Notes under the pieces: generated by a model
What the model was told of the DNA's origin: nothing
The model's input: only the letters and a program-made list of their open reading frames with translations
Databases searched by the model: none
Assembly: GCA_017134395.1 (NCBI GenBank)
Contig: CP070993.1
Coordinates: 398,199 to 462,198 of the forward strand
Source: Candidatus Kaiserbacteria bacterium
Lineage (GTDB): Bacteria > Patescibacteriota > Minisyncoccia > Phycocordibacterales > UBA2100
Direction: 5' to 3'
DNA: 64,000 nucleotides
Made by a program: the position numbers and the translations under genes
In this document: one piece after another, positions 51,589 through 60,548 of the stretch
How positions within the stretch are numbered: position 1 is the first letter of the stretch
Layout: each line of letters opens with the position of its first letter

Positions 51589-51665
51589 TGGGGCGAACGA
51601 TGGGACTCGAACCCACGACAACCTGAACCACAATCAGGGGCTCTACCAACTGAGCTACGTCCGCC
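51589..51665 (-). tRNA. tRNA-His (anticodon GTG) with encoded G-1 and 3' CCA
   Basis: Reverse complement: G-GCGGACG-TA-GCTCAGTTGGTAGAGC-C-CCTGA-TTGTGGT-TCAGG-TTGTC-GTGGGTTCGAGTCCCAT-CGTTCGC-C-CCA. A cloverleaf with anticodon GUG; the extra 5' G pairs with C73. A terminator follows at 51547-51588. Confidence 0.9.
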
Positions 51666-51715
51666 ATATCTTGAACCTGCTATATATACCAAATTTTGAC
51701 CCTTTTAGCGAGTAG

Positions 51716-52273
51716 TTACTTCACATAACTTGGCGGAGTATCTTGTATATCACACTTATGGTTCACAAAGCGTACCAGAGCATACAATAAAGAAGAGAGT
51801 CTATTGGCATACGTAAGCGTATGTGCCGATATGTTTGTTCCCTCTTCTACAGCGCGCACCAAGCTCCTTTCTGCCCTCCTAGAAACAGTGCGTGCAATGT
51901 CTAACCGAGCCGAGAGTTCGTTACCGCCTGGGACAAAGAATGTGGTTATCTCGGGAAGCTGTTCGTCAATAACCGCAATAAGTGCTTCTATATCTTTCAC
52001 GTTCTTTGCAGGAATTTTTTTCTTAGCACCTGCAAGCTCCGCCTGAATAGTAAAAAGATGCTCCTGAACATCTAACAAAATTGCACTCGTTGTTTTTTCT
52101 CCCACCAGCCAATCAATAGCACACACAACACGACACCACCCCACAACCGTATTGAGCTCGTCAAACGTACCCAGCGCCTCAAAAACTGCTGCACTTTTGG
52201 GTATGCGCTCTCCTGCTTTTGTGTCAAAAAGCTTTGTAGTACCTTCGTCTCCCTTTCCTGTGTAGAGTGCCAT
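51716..52273 (-). CDS. PduO-type ATP:cob(I)alamin adenosyltransferase
   Basis: MALYTGKGDEGTTKLFDTKAGERIPKS matches the MxxYTxxGDxGxT N-terminal signature. Confidence 0.85.
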   Translation of the reverse strand: MALYTGKGDEGTTKLFDTKAGERIPKSAAVFEALGTFDELNTVVGWCRVVCAIDWLVGEKTTSAILLDVQEHLFTIQAELAGAKKKIPAKNVKDIEALIAVIDEQLPEITTFFVPGGNELSARLDIARTVSRRAERSLVRAVEEGTNISAHTLTYANRLSSLLYALVRFVNHKCDIQDTPPSYVK

Positions 52274-52358
52274 AGAGTGAGTATACTATAGCTCAAAGGA
52301 CAAAAGATAGCTTTCGCATTGCTAAAGTACTAAAAGTCGTTAAAATACGCAGTTAGTT

Positions 52359-52442
52359 GCTCAGGTGGCGGAATTGGTAGACGCGCTACCTTGAGGGGGT
52401 AGTGCCTGTATGGGCGTGCTGGTTCAACTCCAGTCCTGAGCA
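52359..52442 (+). tRNA. tRNA-Leu (anticodon GAG), long variable arm, no encoded CCA
   Basis: GCTCAGG...GTGGCGGAATTGGTAGACGCG-CTACC-TTGAGGG-GGTAG-...CCTGAGC-A. The acceptor and anticodon stems pair perfectly. A terminator follows at 52449-52485. Confidence 0.85.
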
Positions 52443-52479
52443 CAAAATAAACAAAAGAGCGCCAATGGCGCTCTTTTGT

Positions 52480-53121
52480 TTATCCTTCTTTCTTTTCTTC
52501 TGGTTGTTCTTCCTCTTTTGTTTCTTCTTCAGCTTTTGGAGCTTCTTCTGTTACCTCTTCTTCTGTTTCTAGAGCTTCTTCTTCTGTTTTAGTTTCCTCT
52601 GTTGCGTCTTCTGTAGATTCTACCTCTTCAGCTGGGGCTTCTGCTGCTGCCTTTGCTTCTTCCTCTTCTTGTCGTGCAGCTTCCTCTTCTTGTCGCTTAG
52701 TTTCTTCGGCTTCTGCTACCTTACGTTCAGCTTCTAATTCGAGCGAGCCTTTTGTAGAAACACCTGACATAGTAGTTCGTCGGAATACACGCTTCAGTTC
52801 TCGAGCAACCTTGTCTCGAATAAAGTAAAGCTTTGCTCGGCGAACCTTTGATCGCTTCACGATTTCAATCTTGTCGATTGATGGCATGTACAGTGGAAAA
52901 ATCTTTTCAACACCTACACCGTTTGTCACTTTTCGTACGGTAAATGTACCTCCAGCTTCGTTTCCGTGCTTTCGTGCAAGTACTAAGCCTTCAAATGCCT
53001 GTAAACGTGTCTTGCCTTTTTCTTCAATTTTTAACCATACGCGAACAGTGTCCCCGGCTTTAATACCGAGCTCTGCGCGTTCTTTCATGTCCACTGGACT
53101 GGTAACTACTTTGTTCTTCAT
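52480..53121 (-). CDS. rplS: 50S ribosomal protein L19 with an approximately 100-aa Glu/Ala/Lys-rich C-terminal extension
   Basis: [78 protein letters not shown] is L19. It is followed by an acidic tail. Confidence 0.9.
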   Translation of the reverse strand: MKNKVVTSPVDMKERAELGIKAGDTVRVWLKIEEKGKTRLQAFEGLVLARKHGNEAGGTFTVRKVTNGVGVEKIFPLYMPSIDKIEIVKRSKVRRAKLYFIRDKVARELKRVFRRTTMSGVSTKGSLELEAERKVAEAEETKRQEEEAARQEEEEAKAAAEAPAEEVESTEDATEETKTEEEALETEEEVTEEAPKAEEETKEEEQPEEKKEG

Positions 53122-53163
53122 AATGCGCGGAACTTTACCATAGCTAAACGGTTCAGGCAACGT

Positions 53164-53889
53164 CTATTCGCCTAGTGCCGTTATAAAATCAGCCGGTAGC
53201 GGTGCTGTAAAGGTTGTAGTATTGCCCTGTCCGGTTGGAATGTCGAGAGAATAAGCATGTAAAGCCAGGCGGTTAAAACCAAGCGCACACGCTCGTTTTG
53301 GCGCGTAAAGTTTGTCACACACTATTGGGTGGTGAATTGCCTTTAAATGCACTCTCAATTGATGTGTGCGCCCTGTAGTGGGTGTTAGGTTCAGATAGGT
53401 AAACATTTCTCCCTTCTCTTCAAATGACTTAAGCACTTCCCATAGAGTATGCGCTTCACGTTGTACTCCTCGACTTCCGGGTTGTGCCGACCATTTACGA
53501 AAATCTGTTTTGCTTTTGCCAATCGGGCGATTTATTTCACCTTCACTTTCTTTGAATGTGTCGTATGCAAATGCACGATAAGTCTTTTTAATTGTTCTCT
53601 CTTGAAATTGTTCCTTGAGAAACTCGAAAGCGTCCTGAGTTTTTGCAATAACCATCACGCCACTCGTTTCTCTATCGAGCCGGTGTACGATACCAGGACG
53701 TAAAATAGTTTCTCCTTTTTCATTTTCCCACGGCTCTCCTACGTTTTGTATATCTGGATATTTTGCAATAAGCCAATCGGCAAGCGTAGATTCTTTTGTG
53801 CGTCCGTCACCATGTACTACTAAACCTGCTGGCTTATTGATAACCAACATCCTTTCGTCTTCATGTATAACAGTGGGATTATTTTCCAT
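53164..53889 (-). CDS. RluA-family pseudouridine synthase
   Basis: GIVHRLDRETSGVMVIAKT is the RluA catalytic motif. Confidence 0.9.
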   Translation of the reverse strand: MENNPTVIHEDERMLVINKPAGLVVHGDGRTKESTLADWLIAKYPDIQNVGEPWENEKGETILRPGIVHRLDRETSGVMVIAKTQDAFEFLKEQFQERTIKKTYRAFAYDTFKESEGEINRPIGKSKTDFRKWSAQPGSRGVQREAHTLWEVLKSFEEKGEMFTYLNLTPTTGRTHQLRVHLKAIHHPIVCDKLYAPKRACALGFNRLALHAYSLDIPTGQGNTTTFTAPLPADFITALGE

Positions 53890-54565
53890 AACGGCGGTCG
53901 CGTTGTGCGTACTGCTCTAGAATGTCCTGTAATTCCTGTTTTGTAAATGCAGGCCAATAGGTATCGGTAAAAAAGAGTTCAGCATAGGCACCTTGCCAAA
54001 GCAAAAAGTTTGAAAGGCGCTTCTCGCCACCTGTACGAATAATAATGTCAGGATCTGGCATACCAACGCTCCACATGTGGCTTTTTAATGTGTCCTCAGT
54101 AACCTCGTCTTCATTTTCTATAAGCTTTTTAACTGCCTCTATTATTTCTAACCTACCACCATATGAAGCACAGATCCATACATGAAAATCATCATTCTCT
54201 TTTGTTTCATCTTCTAACTTCTCAAGATTCTTCTGAATATCGTTAGGGAAACGCGTCATGTCACCAATAAAATGAAGTCGTGCCCCCTCGTCTTTCAGTC
54301 TGGCAAACGCGTCATTAATTGCAGTTTGAAATAATTCCATTAAATATGAAACTTCTGCCTCAGCTCTGTTCCAGTTTTCAGTCGAAAGCATGTACACGGC
54401 AAAATGTTTTATGCCTAGTTCATGCGCCGCATGTGCAATAGTATCAAAATTTCCCAGACCCTTCTTATGACCCTCAAGACTTGGAAGCCCCTGTTCTTTC
54501 GCCCATCGACGATTGCCGTCCATTATTACTCCTACGCACTGTGGTGTTTTTTGCTCCATAATCAT
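53879..54565 (-). CDS. uppS: Undecaprenyl diphosphate synthase
   Basis: VGVIMDGNRRWAKE and the cis-prenyltransferase pattern. Confidence 0.95.
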   Translation of the reverse strand: MIMEQKTPQCVGVIMDGNRRWAKEQGLPSLEGHKKGLGNFDTIAHAAHELGIKHFAVYMLSTENWNRAEAEVSYLMELFQTAINDAFARLKDEGARLHFIGDMTRFPNDIQKNLEKLEDETKENDDFHVWICASYGGRLEIIEAVKKLIENEDEVTEDTLKSHMWSVGMPDPDIIIRTGGEKRLSNFLLWQGAYAELFFTDTYWPAFTKQELQDILEQYAQRDRRYGK

Positions 54566-54632
54566 TGAAATATACTAAAGTGTCTATATAATGCCAGAAT
54601 CGCTTCTAATAAGAAGTTGATGCAAACGACAA

Positions 54633-54706
54633 GGGCGTTTAGCTCAGTTGGCTAGAGCAACTCGTTTACACCGAGTAGGCCGGGGGTTCGAGTCCCTCAA
54701 CGCCCA
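54633..54706 (+). tRNA. tRNA-Val (anticodon TAC), no encoded CCA
   Basis: GGGCGTT-TA-GCTCAGTTGGCTAGAGC-A-ACTCG-TTTACAC-CGAGT-AGGCC-GGGGGTTCGAGTCCCTC-AACGCCC-A. Confidence 0.85.
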
Positions 54707-54709
54707 CAA

Positions 54710-54745
54710 AAAAAGCTGTTGGAAAACCAACAGCTTTTTAACGTC
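54710..54745 (+). terminator. Rho-independent terminator after tRNA-Val
   Basis: agctgttgg-aaaa-ccaacagct followed by ttttaa. Confidence 0.65.
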
Positions 54746-54766
54746 TCTTTGGGTCTCAAGATTGAC

Positions 54767-55204
54767 TCAATGACTCACATCACCGCACGTAGTACATACA
54801 TTGTCCCGATACACACCAGGACAATTTTTACTGACGTGCACTGACCCATAAAAAACAACGTCATTCACGATCTGAGCTATACCAGCAAGCAAAGGAGATG
54901 ACTCGGAACCCACTTCCATAGGTTCTGTCGGTTCAAAAATGCTTCCGGCGATATACCCCTTGCCAGCTTCACGCCATTCTTCTGACACTTTAGAAACAAC
55001 GATGTATTTCTTGCCTGTTTGACGTGCTGGCAACATCACGACAGATTCGGGTTCACCTTCAACAAAGAAATCTCCTACAGGAACTTTGGCCTGCCGCTCT
55101 AGATTTCGAAGACAATCCTCAAGAGTATCTCCTTGAACCTCGAGTCGTAGATGCTGCGGAGGATGAAAAACCTTGTGAATAATAGAAGTAATTGTTTGTA
55201 ACAT
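54767..55204 (-). CDS. Hypothetical protein with a C-terminal Cys cluster (CPGVYRDNVCTTCGD)
   Basis: 145-aa ORF with no family recognised. Confidence 0.4.
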   Translation of the reverse strand: MLQTITSIIHKVFHPPQHLRLEVQGDTLEDCLRNLERQAKVPVGDFFVEGEPESVVMLPARQTGKKYIVVSKVSEEWREAGKGYIAGSIFEPTEPMEVGSESSPLLAGIAQIVNDVVFYGSVHVSKNCPGVYRDNVCTTCGDVSH

Positions 55205-55367
55205 TAACCTATTCCCTTTCTTGTGAACTGTTTCTATTGTCTTTTATACATCGGCAAATAATGCTGGTCAATGCTTGTCGGAAACAAAACCTCAACACAT
55301 TGCCTTCTTTCTTCTTTTAACCTATTGTTCTGTTCAGAACGCACCGAATATATCGGCTGCGGTATAT

Positions 55368-56042
55368 ATGGAGAAAATCATGACTATTTGGAAAAGCCAA
55401 GTAGGGATTCAACGTCTGAAAGAAGCAGGAGCATTCTTCACTGGCCACTTTGTTCTAACGGGAGGAAAACATTCCGATTTTTATATCGATTGTGCACAAG
55501 CACTTCGAAGTTCACGTCTTTGCGAATTCTTCGGTTCAACAATCGCCCACCAATTGGAAGATCGCGGCGTTGAAATCGATGTTATCGTGACTCCAGCTGA
55601 AAACGCGATACCGCTTGGATCTTATGTTGCAAACCGTTTGACGAAGCTCTACCGTTATGAAAGAGAGCCTCGAACGGTCATCGCGAGCAAAGGTGAAGAC
55701 AAAAGTTTCGTTTTCAAGCGTGGCGGAGATCAAGAAGTTGATGGTAAGAAAGTCGTTGTGGTGGAAGACCTTTGGTCAACTGGCGGCAGTACCAAGAAAG
55801 TTGTCGAACTCATTCGTAAACATGGTGGCGAAGTTACTGCGGTCGCAGCAATCGTTAATCGTGGAAATGTTGGGTCGAAAGACCTCGGCAATCCTCCCGT
55901 ATTTTTCTCGCTTGTTTCGGTTGCTGGGATTCCTTTCTCAGAGAATGATTGTCAGTTGTGCAAAGAAGCCGTGCCTATTGATATGGATCACGGACACGGT
56001 CCTGCATGGCTTGCAAAACATCCCGACTATCCCGTCGCTTAA
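55368..56042 (+). CDS. Type I phosphoribosyltransferase, orotate PRTase (PyrE)-like
   Basis: The VVVVEDLWSTGGS PRPP-binding motif; GHFVLTGGKHSDFYIDC resembles the PyrE N-terminus; the start was trimmed to MEKIMTIW... Confidence 0.6.
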   Translation: MEKIMTIWKSQVGIQRLKEAGAFFTGHFVLTGGKHSDFYIDCAQALRSSRLCEFFGSTIAHQLEDRGVEIDVIVTPAENAIPLGSYVANRLTKLYRYEREPRTVIASKGEDKSFVFKRGGDQEVDGKKVVVVEDLWSTGGSTKKVVELIRKHGGEVTAVAAIVNRGNVGSKDLGNPPVFFSLVSVAGIPFSENDCQLCKEAVPIDMDHGHGPAWLAKHPDYPVA

Positions 56043-56172
56043 AGAAAATCCTGTTCTTTTAAAACCCGTTGAGCTTACGCTCAACGGGTTTTTCTTGTGC
56101 TTTCTACTTTTTTCGTCTATGGTTTCCCGTAGGACATGCTTTCTGTAAGCATGAAAACAGGAGGACACAAGT

Positions 56173-56643
56173 ATGTCAAAGCCCCAAGATCTGGTCACGA
56201 CTGCGACCTTGGAAATGCTGCGTCAAATCGACGTCATCGGAAGTCGCATTTCTTCAATGGAATGGAACGAGTCTGCGTCAAATATCCTGCAGAAAATGAT
56301 TGATATGGATGTGGTCAAAGAAAAAGACGTCTTGGAGGTTCTTCACGAGCGCCTTTTGGAAATCGGTCGAGAATCGTTCAACGAGCACAGAGATCGCGGC
56401 ACAGCACCTGATCATACGTATTCGCCAGAAGCACTCGCTTATGCAATGCGAGAGGACGAATTCACTGAAAAAGAAGTCTCTCGCATTGCATTTGATCATG
56501 AGAAGAATGCTTTTGAGTTTGTTGAGAAGCAACTCAAAGGGAAAGAAGATTTTTCAAAGATTGTACTCAATCAACTTTTGGAATACAGAGATCGTTCTGC
56601 GTCGATGCACAAAGACTCGCTGAAAGTATGTGTGGATCACTGA
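56173..56643 (+). CDS. Hypothetical protein
   Basis: 156 aa with a good ribosome-binding site (aggagg) and flanking terminators at 56061-56093 and 56673-56702. Confidence 0.5.
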   Translation: MSKPQDLVTTATLEMLRQIDVIGSRISSMEWNESASNILQKMIDMDVVKEKDVLEVLHERLLEIGRESFNEHRDRGTAPDHTYSPEALAYAMREDEFTEKEVSRIAFDHEKNAFEFVEKQLKGKEDFSKIVLNQLLEYRDRSASMHKDSLKVCVDH

Positions 56644-56723
56644 TTCAAACAAAAACCCAAAGTGGTCTCGCAAAAAAGAGCCGAAGTAATTCGGCTCTTT
56701 TTCTTATTTATACATATTCATTC

Positions 56724-57740
56724 TCAAAACAATCCGAACAACTTCCCGATGAAGAATATGTACACCAATACATAAAACGCTCCTTCGTATGAGTGAATGC
56801 GTTTAGACATACCAGAGATAACGAAGAACACTGTTGCAACAACCATCATGGGTATACCTAATGCGAGTGTTGCGGGATCTACCGGCAGTGTTGCAAAGAG
56901 CCCTGGTAATCCGAGCACTAAAAGAATATTAAAAATGTTTGACCCAAAAATGTTACCGAGTGCTACCTCGTGCTTGCCTTGTCTTGCTGCTTTTATAGAA
57001 ACGGCAAGTTCAGGAAGCGATGTACCAACAGCAACAGCAACCAGAGAAATGGCACCGACTCCAATAGCTAAAATTGAGGAGATACTTAATACCGACTGCA
57101 CCAAATATCGCCCTCCTAACACTAAGGCTAGAAGACCGACTGCGAGCCATACAAAATCTCGTACGGTAAGTTTGTCAGTAGCCTCTGTTTTTGGGTCATC
57201 CCCAAAGTTCATAATCTCAACGCCGCCGTGCCGTCTTCTAAATGAAAAAAGCTGTTTCACATCACCATTCTCTGAAATACCACCGTTTCGAATTGAGTAT
57301 GCAAGAAATACAATAAATGATAGGAGCAAGAAACCTGACTCAATGGGAGTGACCGCTCCATCAATCATAGTGAGTACACTAAAAGCAGTTGCGAGTGTGA
57401 GAAGTGGGATATCAAGATCAACAAGGTTCTTGCTCACGGCTAACTTGCCTCCGACCATAGCTGAAAGTCCAACGATAAGAAGAACATTGGCAATGTTAGA
57501 ACCAACGACGTTTGCTGCAACAATTTCATTTGCTCCTTGTATGATTGCGGCAAACGCAGATACAAGTTCAGGGAGGGATGTTCCCAGTCCCACAATAACA
57601 ACACCCACAACAAAAGAAGAGAGCCCTATTCGAAGTCCTATTTTTTCTGCACTATCGAGAAACCAGTCCGCGCCTTTTACTACCAAAAACAGTGATGCAA
57701 CAAAAACAGCGCTCCATAGTATTAATTCCATACGCATCAC
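56724..57740 (-). CDS. Na+/Ca2+ exchanger (CaCA family, YrbG-like)
   Basis: Two alpha-repeat motifs (GTSLPELVSAF; GTSLPELAVSI) and about 10 TM helices. Confidence 0.85.
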   Translation of the reverse strand: MMRMELILWSAVFVASLFLVVKGADWFLDSAEKIGLRIGLSSFVVGVVIVGLGTSLPELVSAFAAIIQGANEIVAANVVGSNIANVLLIVGLSAMVGGKLAVSKNLVDLDIPLLTLATAFSVLTMIDGAVTPIESGFLLLSFIVFLAYSIRNGGISENGDVKQLFSFRRRHGGVEIMNFGDDPKTEATDKLTVRDFVWLAVGLLALVLGGRYLVQSVLSISSILAIGVGAISLVAVAVGTSLPELAVSIKAARQGKHEVALGNIFGSNIFNILLVLGLPGLFATLPVDPATLALGIPMMVVATVFFVISGMSKRIHSYEGAFYVLVYIFFIGKLFGLF

Positions 57741-57777
57741 TATAGCATGATTATACGGCTATGCTTGAAGCTGCTTT

Positions 57778-57856
57778 ACTTAAACACCTCAGCCAATTGA
57801 GCGATTAATTTTTCTTAATACGTAGTGTTTAGAAATAATGGAAGTACTCTCGTGGT
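57778..57856. repeat. 79-bp direct repeat, left copy (upstream of the Na+/Ca2+ exchanger gene)
   Basis: acttaaacacctcagccaattgagcgattaatttttcttaatacgtagtgtttagaaataatggaagtactctcgtggt. It matches 58844-58922 at 77 of 79 positions. Confidence 0.75.
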
Positions 57857-57871
57857 GGCGTTCGAGTGCTT

Positions 57872-58795
57872 CTACATTCTTTCGAATCCTAAGTGCTCCA
57901 CCCATTTCCGTAAAATTTCTTTTCCTTCGTCAGTATAGTATGAACGCATGCGAAACTGAGCATCAAAATCAATTTGATCTTCAATCGGAACATGTTTCGT
58001 AGGAATCTTCTTAAATGCTTCTACAAAATCTTCTCCGTAAGAATTTCTAAAAAATTCCTCGAATTCTGGGTTGTTTAAAAATTCGCCTTCAAACATACCG
58101 CGTACCATGCCGCGCCATGCAGTCCCTTCTTGAACACCTGCATAGGTATCAATTCGAGATGCAATATCAGCGACAAAAGCAACCCACCTTACATAAGTCC
58201 TTCGCAAAGCATTTGTTACACTTTCTGCCATTTCTTTTGAAATACCAGAACGCTTTGCATATTCCATAGAAACCTGTTGTGCAAGGCGTTCTGTCACACC
58301 TTCATTAAAAGCAGCTCCGATTCCTTCACCTTGATCGTACCCAACGCGTGCTTTTAATCCCTCCGTTTCTATGTATGAAGTAGCATGTATTAACTCATGC
58401 ACGAATGTATGTATAAGTGCTGCCTTACTACTCTCACGCAAATGCGTACTTGAAAAAGAAATTTTGTTCATATCAGGGTGATAAGCTCCTATTGCAGACC
58501 CCTCTGGGGTAATAATCACCTGCTTGTCTAAAGATATCTTATTTAAAACAGATGTATCTACACCTGATTTTCTTGCAACTTCTTCAAGAATTCCCCACAG
58601 TAATGCATAGTCCAATTCTTCTTTAAATTTCTCAAGGCTTTCTTTAGCATCAGGATTCTCTTTTATTTCTTGCTTATTCTGTTTCGTATATATCCTTTCG
58701 ATAACTTTTGCTCTTGTCTTTTCTGGCCATGCTGAATTATCATGCCTACCTCCTCTTTTTTTGAGCTCTTTTTTAAAGGAAAATTTTTCGAACAT
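57872..58795 (-). CDS. Hypothetical HExxH-motif protein (putative zinc metallopeptidase-like)
   Basis: Contains LIHTFVHELIHATSYIE; no signal peptide; flanked on both sides by the 79-bp direct repeats. Confidence 0.5.
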   Translation of the reverse strand: MFEKFSFKKELKKRGGRHDNSAWPEKTRAKVIERIYTKQNKQEIKENPDAKESLEKFKEELDYALLWGILEEVARKSGVDTSVLNKISLDKQVIITPEGSAIGAYHPDMNKISFSSTHLRESSKAALIHTFVHELIHATSYIETEGLKARVGYDQGEGIGAAFNEGVTERLAQQVSMEYAKRSGISKEMAESVTNALRRTYVRWVAFVADIASRIDTYAGVQEGTAWRGMVRGMFEGEFLNNPEFEEFFRNSYGEDFVEAFKKIPTKHVPIEDQIDFDAQFRMRSYYTDEGKEILRKWVEHLGFERM

Positions 58796-58843
58796 AGTGT
58801 GGTTAGTATAACAAACTAGAACGCTTATACTGTGCGTCGTTTG

Positions 58844-58922
58844 ACTTAAACGCCTCAGCCAATTGAGCGATTAATTTTTCTTAATACGTAGTGTTTAGAA
58901 ATAATGGAAGTACTCTTGTGGT
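58844..58922. repeat. 79-bp direct repeat, right copy (upstream of the HExxH gene)
   Basis: See 57778-57856; the two mismatches are A/G and C/T. Confidence 0.75.
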
Positions 58923-59147
58923 AACCCCGGCTCGCCCATTCTCCTGGTTAGTCGAACATGACTCCGCCCGACACAACATCAAAAAAAGAAAGCAGTTTTT
59001 GTTTGTGACCACTGATCACTAAACTCATACTTCGTCCTTCGGACTTGTATTTACTAAGTGTCTTTGGTCTGGGCTCAACTGTCTTCGCTTCGCTCATACA
59101 TGTTTCCGCCTGACACCGATATACGCAAGCAAAGCAGTTTGCTTGCT

Positions 59148-59190
59148 AAACGAAAACACTTTGCGCTAGTAGCGCAAAGTGTTTTCGTTT
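59148..59190. terminator. 43-nt perfect palindrome (19-bp stem) downstream of tRNA-Arg; bidirectional terminator-like
   Basis: aaacgaaaacactttgcgc-tagta-gcgcaaagtgttttcgttt. Confidence 0.6.
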
Positions 59191-59197
59191 ACATCGG

Positions 59198-59269
59198 TGT
59201 CCCCACTAGGAGTCGAACCCAGATCGAGAGGATAGAAGCCTCTTGTTTTATCCATTAAACTATGGGGAC
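59198..59269 (-). tRNA. tRNA-Arg (anticodon TCT)
   Basis: Reverse complement: GTCCCCA-TA-GTTTAATGGATAAAAC-A-AGAGG-CTTCTAT-CCTCT-CGAT-CTGGGTTCGACTCCTAG-TGGGGAC-A. All stems pair. Confidence 0.85.
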
Positions 59270-59580
59270 TTTTTTACAAACGTTTTACCAAAACATCCAA
59301 ATTGCACATATGTCTTCCTTCTATGACAATTAGCACATCTGATTTCACATTTTTTTATTTCGGTTAAAACTGAATCCCAAGAATAATGTCCAGACAACAT
59401 TTTTGCAACAGATTTAAATTTTTCGGATGGATTGATGTGATCAAACTCTAGAACTATCGGGTCCTTCTCTTCACAATCTATACACTGTCTACTAGATAAG
59501 AAATCTAGCACCTTTTCTCTGATACGAATCCTGTGCCTCTTTTGTGCAGCATATAAGTCCTCTCTTCTTTTATAGACCAT
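59260..59580 (-). CDS. Small HNH endonuclease; its 3' end overlaps the tRNA-Arg 5' end by 10 nt
   Basis: CIDCEEKDPIVLEFDHINP...CEIRCANCHRRK is an HNH / zinc-ribbon pattern. Confidence 0.75.
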   Translation of the reverse strand: MVYKRREDLYAAQKRHRIRIREKVLDFLSSRQCIDCEEKDPIVLEFDHINPSEKFKSVAKMLSGHYSWDSVLTEIKKCEIRCANCHRRKTYVQFGCFGKTFVKKSP

Positions 59581-59634
59581 ACGAAAGATTATAGCACGCA
59601 GTTCTAACCTTTTTAACCAAGCGCTGAAAACCCC

Positions 59635-59973
59635 TTACCTTCCAGGATCGATAATCTGCGTTGGCTTTTGCTTTAAATTATCCAGTTCTACAACCTTCAT
59701 TCGGTATGTATCTAATGATTCTTGTAAGTCTGTTCTGTTTATTGTAGACGCTTTTGTCATCTGGTTAAAGATGTCATCCCCTTGCGCAGACACGCTTCGA
59801 AATACAATCCACGCAGCACTGACATTAAGTATTGTCACGATAAGGCCAATGAGCATAATGATGTACCAATGCACTGCAGGCTCTGGCGTTTTGCGTAACA
59901 CAGTAGCCAGATTTTCAATAGCTTTATATCGCTTTAGTCTCTTATATACGTTTGTAAAAGTTGAGGTAGCCAT
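59635..59973 (-). CDS. Hypothetical single-TM protein downstream of pilO-like
   Basis: 112 aa; TM helix at residues 35-57. Confidence 0.4.
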   Translation of the reverse strand: MATSTFTNVYKRLKRYKAIENLATVLRKTPEPAVHWYIIMLIGLIVTILNVSAAWIVFRSVSAQGDDIFNQMTKASTINRTDLQESLDTYRMKVVELDNLKQKPTQIIDPGR

Positions 59974-59975
59974 AC

Positions 59976-60548
59976 TTATATAGTTTCAATAGTAGCAGCT
60001 TGTAATACAGTTACATTGAATACGCCGTTCCATGAAAAGTCTGTTGGATGTTGCGTGAGTGATACCCGTTCAAATGTAAGTGCCTTAGGGTACACTTCGA
60101 GTAACGAAAGTGTGTAAAAGACTTGCTGGAGTGTACCTGTACTACTGAGCGTTAGCTCAAGCGGAATTATACTTTCATCTTTATCGATGGCTTCTTCAAC
60201 ACTCACTGTGCGAACATCAATAACTGCTCCCGCGTGTTCACCAAGATTTTCGATGTCCTCAAGAAACGCTACGATTTCTTTTTCAGCAAGAAAATAGGTA
60301 TTAAGTTCACCTATTTGCTCCTGCGTATCACGAACAATTCTCCGCACAGTTTGTGTATGTGCATTTTGTGTAGCAAGTATCTGTGCTTCCTCGGCCGATG
60401 CCGAAACCTGTGTCAGTGTTGCGCGCACTTCAAGGAAAAGCCATATATACATGAAACTAGATGCAAATACCGCGAAGACGCCAACGCTGACAAGAATGAT
60501 GAGAAGTGTATTTGGTCGTTCGTTTTTCATATTATTTTTCGATTTCAA
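59976..60548 (-). CDS. Type IV pilus assembly protein PilO-like
   Basis: N-terminal TM helix, a coiled-coil, and a C-terminal domain; positioned after pilM/pilN. Confidence 0.45.
   Translation of the reverse strand: MKSKNNMKNERPNTLLIILVSVGVFAVFASSFMYIWLFLEVRATLTQVSASAEEAQILATQNAHTQTVRRIVRDTQEQIGELNTYFLAEKEIVAFLEDIENLGEHAGAVIDVRTVSVEEAIDKDESIIPLELTLSSTGTLQQVFYTLSLLEVYPKALTFERVSLTQHPTDFSWNGVFNVTVLQAATIETI

Noticed and set aside
51501-51692. 63-aa ORF overlapping tRNA-His, and the 59058-59258 ORF overlapping tRNA-Arg and the large palindrome
   Set aside because: They are fully explained by the tRNA genes and terminator hairpins; no coding signal.
56797-57750. 317-aa plus-strand ORF antisense to the Na+/Ca2+ exchanger gene
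   Set aside because: A low-complexity Ser/Thr/Pro/Ala-rich translation typical of the antisense frame of a membrane protein gene; the sense-strand CaCA gene has clear alpha-repeat motifs.
57778-58922. Diversity-generating retroelement (template/variable repeat) interpretation of the 79-bp repeats
   Set aside because: The two mismatches are A/G and C/T rather than adenine-specific, no reverse transcriptase or C-type-lectin target gene is present, and the repeats are non-coding.
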